Shown here: in pieces, positions 1-8,566 of the stretch
Layout of the letters: the number at the start of each line of letters is the position of its first letter
Numbering within the stretch: the stretch's first letter is position 1
Virus record (IMG/VR): IMGVR_UViG_3300020420_000677
Location: 1 to 38,828 of that record
Length of the DNA: 38,828 nt
Strand: one strand, 5' to 3'
Source of the DNA: a virus
Taxonomy: Duplodnaviria > Caudoviricetes
Made by a program: the position numbers and the translations under genes
The notes under the pieces: model-generated
The model's input: the letters and a program-made list of their open reading frames with translations, nothing else
What the model was told of the DNA's origin: nothing
Database searches by the model: none

Positions 1-1
1 C

Positions 2-865
2 TACGACAGTGTGAAGATGCCACAGTTCGATGTGCAACTGCCTATCGCTCCCGTTGTGCCAAGAGATGCATTGATGGTGATGGGCAAGAACATCATACAG
101 ACTTACACCAGTTACACAGACAGATACTTCGATGCTATCAGTTACTATCCCATATTTGAAAAGTTATTCCAGCAGGGATATAGATGGGTAAGCCAACCGG
201 CACCCATGTTGACAAATCTCAACACAAAGGACGATTGGTTCGTCAACGACAGGACATACAAGGACACACTGCACGACAGAGTGTTGTGGCACACAGCCAC
301 CATGTTGAAGGCGGGAGATGCATTCATTGTGAATCACGAAGGTCCAGGTAGCAAGACAGGATTGGAATGGTGCAAACGCGAACTGCCGGAGTTTGCTTTC
401 TATCCAAACACAGGCACACGTTTCAAAGGATTCGGACACATCGACCACGGCTTTATAATGATAGATGACGACACTGTGATACACGCAGGCATGGACTGGG
501 TGCCACAGTGTTTGCACAACAAGAAGTTGATAGATGTCAGCGACTGTCTGCCGGAACTAAAGATGGATAGATACGTGCAGGATTACACAGAAGCCAACAA
601 CAAGATGGATGTTGCTTGGTTGGACAAGTATCTAGAGAACTGGAGAGGTTACAGCCAGGAAGTTTGTTTTGATCTCAATGTGTTGATCATAGACAGGAAC
701 AACATTGTGTTTGCTAGACACATACCCAAACTGTTTGAAAAACTGAAGTCCTTGCATATAGACTGCCACGTAGTGCAACAGCGCCATTATTTGTTTTGGG
801 AAGGTGGAATACATTGTAGCACACTAGACGTCAAACGTAAAGGCGCCAAAAGAAAAATCATATAA
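2..865 (+). CDS. Amidinotransferase family protein (glycine/inosamine-phosphate amidinotransferase-like), 5'-truncated
   Basis: PRD motif near the N-terminus, GHID (catalytic His) and C-terminal GGIHCSTLD (catalytic Cys). The frame is open back to position 2, so the true start is probably outside the window. Confidence 0.8.
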   Translation, partial: YDSVKMPQFDVQLPIAPVVPRDALMVMGKNIIQTYTSYTDRYFDAISYYPIFEKLFQQGYRWVSQPAPMLTNLNTKDDWFVNDRTYKDTLHDRVLWHTATMLKAGDAFIVNHEGPGSKTGLEWCKRELPEFAFYPNTGTRFKGFGHIDHGFIMIDDDTVIHAGMDWVPQCLHNKKLIDVSDCLPELKMDRYVQDYTEANNKMDVAWLDKYLENWRGYSQEVCFDLNVLIIDRNNIVFARHIPKLFEKLKSLHIDCHVVQQRHYLFWEGGIHCSTLDVKRKGAKRKII

Positions 866-884
866 AAAACCTGCTTACCGAATC

Positions 885-953
885 GCTTTGCTGTCCGCTT
901 CGCGGTTTAAAAATTGCGTACCGCTTCGCGGAAATTTGGCTTTCCGCCTACGG
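885..953. repeat. GC-rich intergenic array of mini-hairpins between convergent genes
   Basis: CCGCTTCGCGG occurs exactly at 895-905 and 921-931 (CCGC-GAA-GCGG on the minus strand). Related CCTACGG at 947-953 and GCTTTGC at 885-891. Confidence 0.8.
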
Positions 954-956
954 GTA

Positions 957-2588
957 TTACTGCGTCAACCACTGCTCGAATGAATGAAGTTTAACATCTG
1001 TGCATTCCACATAATCAGAATTGTTGTGATGTCTTACTTTGCCTCTGCCTGAAATTACATCACCATCTCTATAACCAAAAGGTTTTTTAACTGTGATGTC
1101 TATGTATTCTCCTGGACCAATACCTAGTGTTACAAATGTAATATATTTTCCATTGTTGCCTCTGAACACTCTACCGTTTGCAACTACTCCTGCAAATTCT
1201 ACATAATCTAAATATTGTGTTGCAACTTTACATTTAGGAATGAAACCTCTTTTCCACCAACCAGGTTCATTGTCTACTCCTAGTCTTTGTGCTTCTGTGT
1301 TGTATACCCAACGTCTATATGAACCTTCACAGTGTTTCAAACAAGCCTCCCAAAATCTTTTAGGGTTATGTGCTTTCTGATATGCTAATGCCCAAATTAA
1401 TCTTCCAAGATTCACTGCGTGTGCTCTGCATAATCCGAAACCTGAAAGTGTCATTAGAGTATCTATTGCTTCTTGTTTCTTAGGATGGTTTCCTAATTTT
1501 TCAACAAACTCTAAAATTTTTTCATCTTTCTTTTTTGCAAATGCTCTACGATACATATCTGCTTCATACATATCGATACCAATTATATCTGAAATAATTT
1601 CAATAGCATCATCTTCAAATACAATACTATCTTGTACTCCGTCTTTAGTCCAGTCATTGAACATTGATGCTTTTTGCCTTCCTGTAAGTGCAACAGGTCT
1701 AATCATAGCAGTTGCAAACACACAGTCTAATACACTTTTAGGTTGTATTGCTCTAAACAATCTACGCATTGCTGGTGACTCTCCTTGTGTTACTCCTAAC
1801 ACGTCACCTCTGCTTAAAAGTTTTGCTGTTGCTTCATCTTCTTCAGGATAGTCTGTTAAATTTTTATCAGGATCGATTTCTAATAATTGACTCAAACCTC
1901 TGTTTGCAAGTATGTCTACTTTTAAATGTTCTAAATCTTCCACTTCGTATTTGTCTAAAAGTATTTGATTGTCTTCGCTAATTAAACTTTTAGGAAGTTG
2001 TCTATCGAACATTATTACTCCACCACAGTGTTTAGATATACATCTTTTCTTTCCTAATAATTTTTGTTCAATACGTTTGGCTTCTATAGGATCTACATTG
2101 TAATCTTCATATTTAAAATTGCGTGGCAAGTTTCCTTTTACACCTAAACGTTTAGCCGCTTCCCGCTTTGCTGACTTAGGTTGATAAGTTACATAGTTTG
2201 AAATACGTGCAGTCTTACCAGGCCACTTTTTAAAAATACGTTCCATGACATCTTTTTGTCGCCAGTGTTCGAAGTCTATATCTACATCAGGTAAATCATC
2301 ACGTAAAGGGTTTAGGAAACGTGCAACGGGTATGTTCCACTTAACTGGATCTACATCAGTGATTCCTAGCAAGTAACATACGAGAGATGATCCTGCAGAT
2401 CCTCGTGTCATGTGTTTGATATCTTGTGTTATGTCTATGATGTCGCAAATTTTTAAGAAGTATTCTGTGAATCTTTGTTTTAATATTAATTCAAATTCTT
2501 CTGCGAGTCTTTTTTGGTACACTTCACCGTTGGGCATTTGCCTTTTAAAACGTTCAGTGAGCCTTTGTATATTTTCTAAATCATTCAT
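957..2588 (-). CDS. dnaE: DNA polymerase III alpha-like (family C) polymerase, streamlined, lacking the PHP domain
   Basis: RGSAGSSLVCYLLGIT, RFLNPLR, PDVDIDF, KHCGGV, KVDIL and a C-terminal OB-fold-like segment; only 543 aa. Confidence 0.9.
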   Translation of the reverse strand: MNDLENIQRLTERFKRQMPNGEVYQKRLAEEFELILKQRFTEYFLKICDIIDITQDIKHMTRGSAGSSLVCYLLGITDVDPVKWNIPVARFLNPLRDDLPDVDIDFEHWRQKDVMERIFKKWPGKTARISNYVTYQPKSAKREAAKRLGVKGNLPRNFKYEDYNVDPIEAKRIEQKLLGKKRCISKHCGGVIMFDRQLPKSLISEDNQILLDKYEVEDLEHLKVDILANRGLSQLLEIDPDKNLTDYPEEDEATAKLLSRGDVLGVTQGESPAMRRLFRAIQPKSVLDCVFATAMIRPVALTGRQKASMFNDWTKDGVQDSIVFEDDAIEIISDIIGIDMYEADMYRRAFAKKKDEKILEFVEKLGNHPKKQEAIDTLMTLSGFGLCRAHAVNLGRLIWALAYQKAHNPKRFWEACLKHCEGSYRRWVYNTEAQRLGVDNEPGWWKRGFIPKCKVATQYLDYVEFAGVVANGRVFRGNNGKYITFVTLGIGPGEYIDITVKKPFGYRDGDVISGRGKVRHHNNSDYVECTDVKLHSFEQWLTQ

Positions 2589-2612
2589 TGTTTGCCTCTC
2601 TGCCTAAAACAA

Positions 2613-2619
2613 TATTTAT
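2613..2619 (-). promoter_or_regulatory. T4-late-like promoter core (ATAAATA) upstream of dnaE
   Basis: Same heptamer recurs upstream of many minus-strand genes and resembles the T4 late consensus TATAAATA. Confidence 0.5.
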
Positions 2620-2641
2620 GATTTTCAAAAGATAGGATTAA

Positions 2642-3493
2642 CTATTTTGGTAAAATGTTTATGTCGTAGAATTTAGCCATAGTTTCGTATGCTGTGCCAT
2701 CCATTAATTCTGCATTTTCAAACTGTATGTTTGTTAAGCAATTAAACAATCTACCACGATCATTATCACTAGGGTAATACAAGTCATTTATCTGTGAAAT
2801 TTTACTTGAACTATAATTTTTTAATACACCAGGCACTAAAGATATTACAGGTATTCCTTCACGCAACACTTCAGTAACAGCCATGGTGTGTAAACTTATT
2901 ACGCAATAAATGTTTTCCAATGTATCACAAAATCCTCTAGAACCTCTTGCTTTCTTGTTGACCTTTTTCCTAATCTTGATTGGTCTATCAGTGTATTTTT
3001 TAACTTCAGCAACTGTTTCGTCGATCCATTGATCAACAGTTTTCTTAATATCATAGATGTCTAATCCGTTTTGACTAGGAGCAACTATGTAAACTTGCTC
3101 GCCATCTTTCTTCATTGTACGTAAAGGCATATTGAATTTACAGAAACGTTTGTTATCCCATTCGCCTTTTACTTCTTTGATTTGATTTTCATTAAAAGTT
3201 AATCTCCAGTATCTTGGTTTCCACCAATTACAATAACCTTTTTCAACATTAAAGTAATCAATATTTTTTTCTGCTAGTTCTTGATGTAATCTAAGTCCGG
3301 TATCGTGTCCACCAACTCCACCTAGTATTACCAAGTCACCTTTTTTGATATCTGTTTCTTTTTCAAGATGACCATACACTACTGGTATACCTGCTCTTCT
3401 ATGAATTGAGTTTGCTACCCAAGTGGCAGTTCTGTATGACGTTCCTTCGTCTAAACTTTTTGGAAGTATAATTCTATTGTATTCTTTATCCAT
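2642..3493 (-). CDS. Capsule-synthesis (KpsS/KpsC-like) GT-B glycosyltransferase-like protein
   Basis: Paralogous to 16735-17571, 18397-19362 and 19362-20159 (KKYTDRPIKIR; VISLHTMAVTEVLREGIPVI). Start placed at ATG 3493 after GGAGAAG. Confidence 0.55.
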   Translation of the reverse strand: MDKEYNRIILPKSLDEGTSYRTATWVANSIHRRAGIPVVYGHLEKETDIKKGDLVILGGVGGHDTGLRLHQELAEKNIDYFNVEKGYCNWWKPRYWRLTFNENQIKEVKGEWDNKRFCKFNMPLRTMKKDGEQVYIVAPSQNGLDIYDIKKTVDQWIDETVAEVKKYTDRPIKIRKKVNKKARGSRGFCDTLENIYCVISLHTMAVTEVLREGIPVISLVPGVLKNYSSSKISQINDLYYPSDNDRGRLFNCLTNIQFENAELMDGTAYETMAKFYDINILPK

Positions 3494-4925
3494 CTTCTCC
3501 AAGATCCTTTAAGAATTCTCTTAATTTAGTTCCATCTGTATCAGTTTTTATTCTGCCTACTGTGTCACCTTTTGTTGGATCTGGGGGAGTAAGTGCCTTA
3601 GTGTCTGCGTCATCTGTGACTGTCGAAGTTTTCTTTAATGAATTGTAAATTGTGCTTTTACGTTTATCAAATTCTTGATATTCTGAATCATCAGAAAGGT
3701 CTCTTATTCTCAAACTGTCTACGTCAAACTCTAAATCAATCTTCATACCAACACCACTAGAACTTCTAGTTTTCATAAGTTGTATCTGATATCTACCACG
3801 TTCTCTCATTGCTCTACTTGTGAATATACCAAACACATTGTCAGCAGTTTGTATTTTACTTAAACCTCCTGCTATGTGCGAGTGATCAAATTCTATTTCT
3901 TCAACTGCACCTCTGTTCAACTGTGATGCTGTTACAAATATAACATTTAACTCCATAGCCAAGTTTCTAAGTTCTTCTGATACAAATTTATCTTTTACAA
4001 ATAAATCACTTGGACTTACTTTTTTATTAATTGGCATCATTAAATCTAAGTAGTCTACAAGTATCACATCTAGTTTTGTTCCAGTTTTAATTTCATATTC
4101 TTTAATCCAACTTCTTAAATCATTTGCAGTTTTACCACTAGGCATATATTTGATTTGTAATTTTCCTGATTTTTTGCCAAGCAGTTTAACTTTCATTTCT
4201 ACACCATCTAAGTCTTTAAATATCTCTTTTGTTGGAATATCAGTTAGCATCGAATCGATCCTCATACTAACAAGTGGCTCACTTAATTCAAAAGACACAT
4301 ACGCAACATTCATGCTGTTGAGTACCCAGTTACAGCCTAAGTTTGCTAGGAATAAACTTTTACCTGCACCACTACCACCTGCAAATATATTAAGTTCCCC
4401 TTTGTTAAATCCACCAAACAATCTTTTATCTAGTGTTGTCCAACCTGTGCTGACTTGTCCATTTTGATTCTTCAATCCCATTAATCTTGATTTAGGATCA
4501 TCAAAATAATCTGTACCTAAGTCTTTGTGTAATCCAATCTGTACTGCCTTTTTGACCAAGTCTTCAACTGGACCATACTCACCTTTTTCAAGCATATCAG
4601 CAGATTTCAATATCGCTCTTTCTAAACTTTTGTGTCTTATAAAAGTTTCGAAGTCTGTAAGCAACCAATCAAAATGTTCTTCAGTAAGTTGTTCAGTCTG
4701 TTTTAAATCTACGTTGCAAGATTTGTTAACCATTTCATATGTTGGAAGTGCGTTGTATTCAGTTACGTATTTGTTTACGAATTGTGCTGTCTCTTGAAGT
4801 TTACGATCAAATAAAGAAAAGTCAAATATAGACTGACAACGCACAAAAGTTTCTGCGTTCGCCAACATCATTTCTAGATACAACTTTTGTATGTCATATC
4901 CATAATCTTTATTCTGTTTCGCCAT
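3486..4925 (-). CDS. Replicative DNA helicase, T4 gp41/DnaB family
   Basis: Walker A GGSGAGKS, SFELSE, VDYLDLM, TASQLNR, KTRSS. Start revised to ATG 4925, just below a consensus promoter. Confidence 0.92.
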   Translation of the reverse strand: MAKQNKDYGYDIQKLYLEMMLANAETFVRCQSIFDFSLFDRKLQETAQFVNKYVTEYNALPTYEMVNKSCNVDLKQTEQLTEEHFDWLLTDFETFIRHKSLERAILKSADMLEKGEYGPVEDLVKKAVQIGLHKDLGTDYFDDPKSRLMGLKNQNGQVSTGWTTLDKRLFGGFNKGELNIFAGGSGAGKSLFLANLGCNWVLNSMNVAYVSFELSEPLVSMRIDSMLTDIPTKEIFKDLDGVEMKVKLLGKKSGKLQIKYMPSGKTANDLRSWIKEYEIKTGTKLDVILVDYLDLMMPINKKVSPSDLFVKDKFVSEELRNLAMELNVIFVTASQLNRGAVEEIEFDHSHIAGGLSKIQTADNVFGIFTSRAMRERGRYQIQLMKTRSSSGVGMKIDLEFDVDSLRIRDLSDDSEYQEFDKRKSTIYNSLKKTSTVTDDADTKALTPPDPTKGDTVGRIKTDTDGTKLREFLKDLGEDG

Positions 4926-5919
4926 GTTCCTTATTATACCACATTTTATCTTGAAAGTCAATGTGTCTGTTGTATTTGGCAAGGACTGCCCCAACACAAC
5001 TGCCAGGATCTCCTGGATTTTTTGGAACCCATATATCGTCCCAAACCGATTCCAATTTTGTACGTGCTGTTTTATTCAAAGCACAACCACCAACCAAAAC
5101 TATGTTAGATGTTTTGATGTGCATTTGTATCCAAGAACTTGCACACATTAATACCTGTTCAAAAATGTGTTGTGTAGTAGCGGCAATGTCTGCCATGTCT
5201 TGTTCTGAATTTAATTCTGGTCTCCACCAATTACAACCTCTATGGAAATTGAAATGTGTTTTGAATGGAAATCTAGATTCAACTAATTCTTCCATAAACA
5301 GTCTGTAATTCTTTCTCCAATTACCTTTTTTGGCTAGTTGTTCAAATTTATGTTCTTCAGCATTTGCTTTAAGTCCTACTCTTTGTGTCATAGCAGAATA
5401 AAATAATCCAATGCTGTGCGGATATGATTGAGTATAAACTTTTTTAATATGATCGCCTTGACCGTGCCATATAGTAAACGTTTCAAACTCTCCTATACTA
5501 TCAAGCACAACGACAGCGGCATTTCTAAATGGTGATGTATAGTAACCGTAAGCGGCGTGACTTTCATGATGATCAACATACTCAATAGGTATGTTGTGTA
5601 CTCCTGATTTAGATAAAAATTTTTTTATATTATTTTCTTTCCACTTCCAACCTTGTCCTGATTTCAATTGTCTTAAAGTTTTTTTCCATGGTTTTTCATA
5701 AAAATAAATTTTTGCAGGGAAGGCCCATTTAGCATTTGATCTTACGAAAGCCATCATTTTAGGACACAGAGTAGGATCTCCTGGAATACCACTGAAGTCT
5801 TTTGACATACCTGCCCATTTTAAATTTAGGTGATAATGATCAGTTAAACCTTGTACTCGCCATTCCATGACAGCCAAACTGGCATCATGATTATTTCCTG
5901 TTACTCCCCAAACTATCAT
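4909..5919 (-). CDS. Carbamoyltransferase (CmcH/NodU family), N-terminal Kae1-like domain only
   Basis: HDASLA, HHESHAA, VVLDSIGE, SIGLFYSAMT, GGCALN, PGDPGSCVGA. Ends at 336 aa with no C-terminal YrdC-like domain. Confidence 0.85.
   Translation of the reverse strand: MIVWGVTGNNHDASLAVMEWRVQGLTDHYHLNLKWAGMSKDFSGIPGDPTLCPKMMAFVRSNAKWAFPAKIYFYEKPWKKTLRQLKSGQGWKWKENNIKKFLSKSGVHNIPIEYVDHHESHAAYGYYTSPFRNAAVVVLDSIGEFETFTIWHGQGDHIKKVYTQSYPHSIGLFYSAMTQRVGLKANAEEHKFEQLAKKGNWRKNYRLFMEELVESRFPFKTHFNFHRGCNWWRPELNSEQDMADIAATTQHIFEQVLMCASSWIQMHIKTSNIVLVGGCALNKTARTKLESVWDDIWVPKNPGDPGSCVGAVLAKYNRHIDFQDKMWYNKEHGETE
4933..4961 (-). promoter_or_regulatory. Sigma70-type promoter for the helicase gene, inside the carbamoyltransferase 3' end
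   Basis: TTGACT (4961-4956), N17, TATAAT (4938-4933) with an extended -10 TG; ATG follows 7 nt later. Confidence 0.8.
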
Positions 5920-6038
5920 TTGTATATAAACGGATCTCTTTTTTGTAATTCTTTAATTTTCTTTTTGTATTTTATATGATCTATAAGTTTGATTATAGGC
6001 CAGAATATAAAAGAAAATACTTTCTTTATATAAACCAT
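5916..6038 (-). CDS. Small 40-aa protein (MVYIKKVFSFIFWPIIKLIDHIKYKKKIKELQKRDPFIYK), absent from the ORF track
   Basis: Fills the primase-carbamoyltransferase gap exactly; its TGA overlaps the next ATG (ATGA coupling). Confidence 0.7.
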   Translation of the reverse strand: MVYIKKVFSFIFWPIIKLIDHIKYKKKIKELQKRDPFIYK

Positions 6039-7030
6039 TTTTTCATCCTCAGTTTTATTTTAAGTTGCGATTCTTCAGCGTTCTTTACAATCGAGTATAA
6101 AGTATGCAGTCTACCATATTTACGCACGGCATCATTCACATCTCCAATATCTTGACTCCAATCGGGCATACTAACACTCCATCCAGATTCCATAGCATCA
6201 TAGACAAGTTTTTGACCTGCCTCATCTCTGTCGGGAACAACTATCACGTGTTTCCCTAAACTATTAAGAAGTGCTGTTTGTTGTTCTTTTATTTCACTTC
6301 CTAGTAATGCAACTCCATCTATGGCAATAGCATCAATTGGACCTTCTACAGCAACCACATATTTTCTATCATCTGTTTGTTCATCGATGTTGAAAACATA
6401 TCCTGGTTGTTGTTCAGACAAGTATTTTACTTTGCTTTCTACAACTTTTCTTGCTGTGTATCCTACAACTTTCTCTCTATAATAGAAGGGAATAATAAGT
6501 CTATCTCTGTATCCGGATTCAGGAGTCCAATAAAAATCATAGTCATTCAAATTTAATTTTCTGGAAGCAATATATTCTAAAACTTTGAACAAGTCCTTGT
6601 CTATACCACCCGGCTCTAATGCTTTGTAGTCTGCCCATTCATGTATAGGCTTAGACTTTGCTGGAAGTTCTTTGGATACAAATTTAGGAAGTGTTATAAA
6701 TGTTTTGTGTCCAGTCTCATCAGTTTTGGTTTGTAAGACTTGTAATGCTAATTTTGTTATTGTGTCATCTGGAACATTAAGCCATCTCATAAATTTTTTC
6801 ATTTTAAAAGATAGATTTCGACCATTTCTCCAACTTGTTTTAAATCCGCAGTTGAAACAATGAAAACTTACTCCTTCATCTGCATTTGCAATCAATCCTC
6901 CTCTTTGTCTTGTGTCTGGAGTTGTTCCATTATGCTCACAACAAGGGGCATTGAAAGCCAACCAACCACTAGGAGTTTGTTTACGTTTTGCTGGCAAGTA
7001 AATTTGTAATGCATCGAACACAATATTCAT
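6026..7030 (-). CDS. DNA primase, T4 gp61-like
   Basis: N-terminal zinc-binding region (PCC...HCFNCG) and TOPRIM motifs VEGPIDA and PDRDEAG. Confidence 0.85.
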   Translation of the reverse strand: MNIVFDALQIYLPAKRKQTPSGWLAFNAPCCEHNGTTPDTRQRGGLIANADEGVSFHCFNCGFKTSWRNGRNLSFKMKKFMRWLNVPDDTITKLALQVLQTKTDETGHKTFITLPKFVSKELPAKSKPIHEWADYKALEPGGIDKDLFKVLEYIASRKLNLNDYDFYWTPESGYRDRLIIPFYYREKVVGYTARKVVESKVKYLSEQQPGYVFNIDEQTDDRKYVVAVEGPIDAIAIDGVALLGSEIKEQQTALLNSLGKHVIVVPDRDEAGQKLVYDAMESGWSVSMPDWSQDIGDVNDAVRKYGRLHTLYSIVKNAEESQLKIKLRMKKWFI

Positions 7031-7036
7031 GCACTA

Positions 7037-7065
7037 ATAATATAACCTTTTGGTTAAAAAGTCAA
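7037..7065 (-). promoter_or_regulatory. Sigma70-type promoter for primase
   Basis: TTGACT (7065-7060), N17, TATTAT (7042-7037); ATG 6 nt downstream. Shares 19 identical nt with the promoter at 16718-16746. Confidence 0.8.
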
Positions 7066-7845
7066 TTAATTTCGAACTAGGATTTTGGATAAACTACCAG
7101 ATGTAAGTGTATGTTTGAATCTGATATGACTAAACACACCATTGAAGTTTCTGTATACCAAACTGTCCGAAGCGGATGCTGTGAAAGTATCCAAATCACT
7201 CCAGTTAGATGTGCCAGCATTTGTATCTAGTGTGCCTTGAACTATGATAGTTCCTACTGCACTGTCTAGATAATATGCGGCTGTATGTAATGCAGAATTA
7301 CCATTAATGCCTGGTTGAGCATCTACACTTGATGAAATAAAAATACCACTTGAAGGATTATCTTCAGTAAATGTTGTTACAGATACAGATGCTAATGGTC
7401 CTGGAAACTCTTCTGATTGCACTTTAATTGTGCCTCTGTTGTTGAAATTTGTTCCTGAACTTAACAAAGTTTTCTCATTTGTGCTGTCGTTTTCTAAGAA
7501 TATAGAGTATGAAAGATATTGTGCTGGAACATTCAAAAGATCATTTTCAGTTATTGTTATTGTAAAATGACCTTTCTTCGTCGTTGCTGTCTCGATTATT
7601 GTGCCGTCTCTTTCAACTAACAATCTGTTGTTTTCATCGTATAATTTAAATTTAGGTGTGTATGTGTTTAGGATTGATACTGCTTTTTGATCCGCATTCA
7701 GTACATTAAACTGAATTGCGTTATCAATACCTCTTACAACATTAATATCTCTTGTGTACACTGGTCTATACTCCGTTACTTCTCCAGCCAGATTTGCTAT
7801 CAGGCTTACACTGTTATTTAATAAATATTTTGGCACAAGTTGCAT
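7066..7845 (-). CDS. Hypothetical beta-rich protein, possibly a virion structural protein
   Basis: Ser/Thr/Gly/Asn-rich and beta-strand-like; start revised to MQLVPKY (7845), below an ATAAATA motif at 7866-7872. Confidence 0.5.
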   Translation of the reverse strand: MQLVPKYLLNNSVSLIANLAGEVTEYRPVYTRDINVVRGIDNAIQFNVLNADQKAVSILNTYTPKFKLYDENNRLLVERDGTIIETATTKKGHFTITITENDLLNVPAQYLSYSIFLENDSTNEKTLLSSGTNFNNRGTIKVQSEEFPGPLASVSVTTFTEDNPSSGIFISSSVDAQPGINGNSALHTAAYYLDSAVGTIIVQGTLDTNAGTSNWSDLDTFTASASDSLVYRNFNGVFSHIRFKHTLTSGSLSKILVRN

Positions 7846-7882
7846 AATCTTTAATAATTTTAATGTATTTATTGGTTTTATA

Positions 7883-8251
7883 ATGCTGTTAGACGACATA
7901 GAGAAGAACTATCCTTACATATCCGTAGTAGAATACGGTGGGCAGGAATATGTGGGCGTCATCAATAATCAGGACAACGCGATTACCAGTATGTTCATAT
8001 TCACCGACATACCTAATTCCGAGAATAAGGAAAAATTTATAGATTTGTGTAAAACGTGGTGGTTTGAATCCAACAGAATGATACCAATAGGAATATTTTT
8101 ACGTCAAGAAATGGAAACATTTAAACCTATTATGATGATAATGAACACCAAAGACGTACAGGTAAAGATAGGACCTGTGACAAGTTTAACAAATCTTGCA
8201 ATGAAAAGAAGTAAAAGAAAGTCTGTTCAATTAGTTCGAAAACCTAAGTAA
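7883..8251 (+). CDS. Hypothetical protein (122 aa), lone plus-strand gene in the block
   Basis: ORF from MLLDDIEKNYP fills the gap between minus-strand genes with no competing ORF; basic C-terminus. Confidence 0.7.
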   Translation: MLLDDIEKNYPYISVVEYGGQEYVGVINNQDNAITSMFIFTDIPNSENKEKFIDLCKTWWFESNRMIPIGIFLRQEMETFKPIMMIMNTKDVQVKIGPVTSLTNLAMKRSKRKSVQLVRKPK

Positions 8252-8566
8252 TTAATCAAATAAAAGTTTTGCTAGACGCTTGTTGCCTTTTTTATCAAGA
8301 TAACTTTTTACCCTTTTAACTTTCCAATCTTCATAAGGAAATACATATGTTGGATGATCAGTTTTGTCTTTTCCCCATTTAATTTTATTCCAAATTCTTT
8401 CGTGTCCATAGTACAAAAACATTTTAGTCACAACTTCTATGCCTGCTATTGCACCAGCCATACTCAATGTTCCTGTGATTAACCATGAAATAACAAACGT
8501 ATCACTTGTTGCAAGTATACGCCATGATAATGTTTTTGCTAAACTTCTACGTGCTTTGCTTTTCAT
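8252..8566 (-). CDS. DUF2061-like small membrane protein
   Basis: RSLAKTLSWRILAT...KMFLYYGHERIWNKIKWG pattern with two hydrophobic segments. Confidence 0.75.
   Translation of the reverse strand: MKSKARRSLAKTLSWRILATSDTFVISWLITGTLSMAGAIAGIEVVTKMFLYYGHERIWNKIKWGKDKTDHPTYVFPYEDWKVKRVKSYLDKKGNKRLAKLLFD

Noticed and set aside
895-931. Direct repeat considered as a CRISPR remnant
   Set aside because: Only two 11-nt copies with a 15-nt spacer, and no cas genes.
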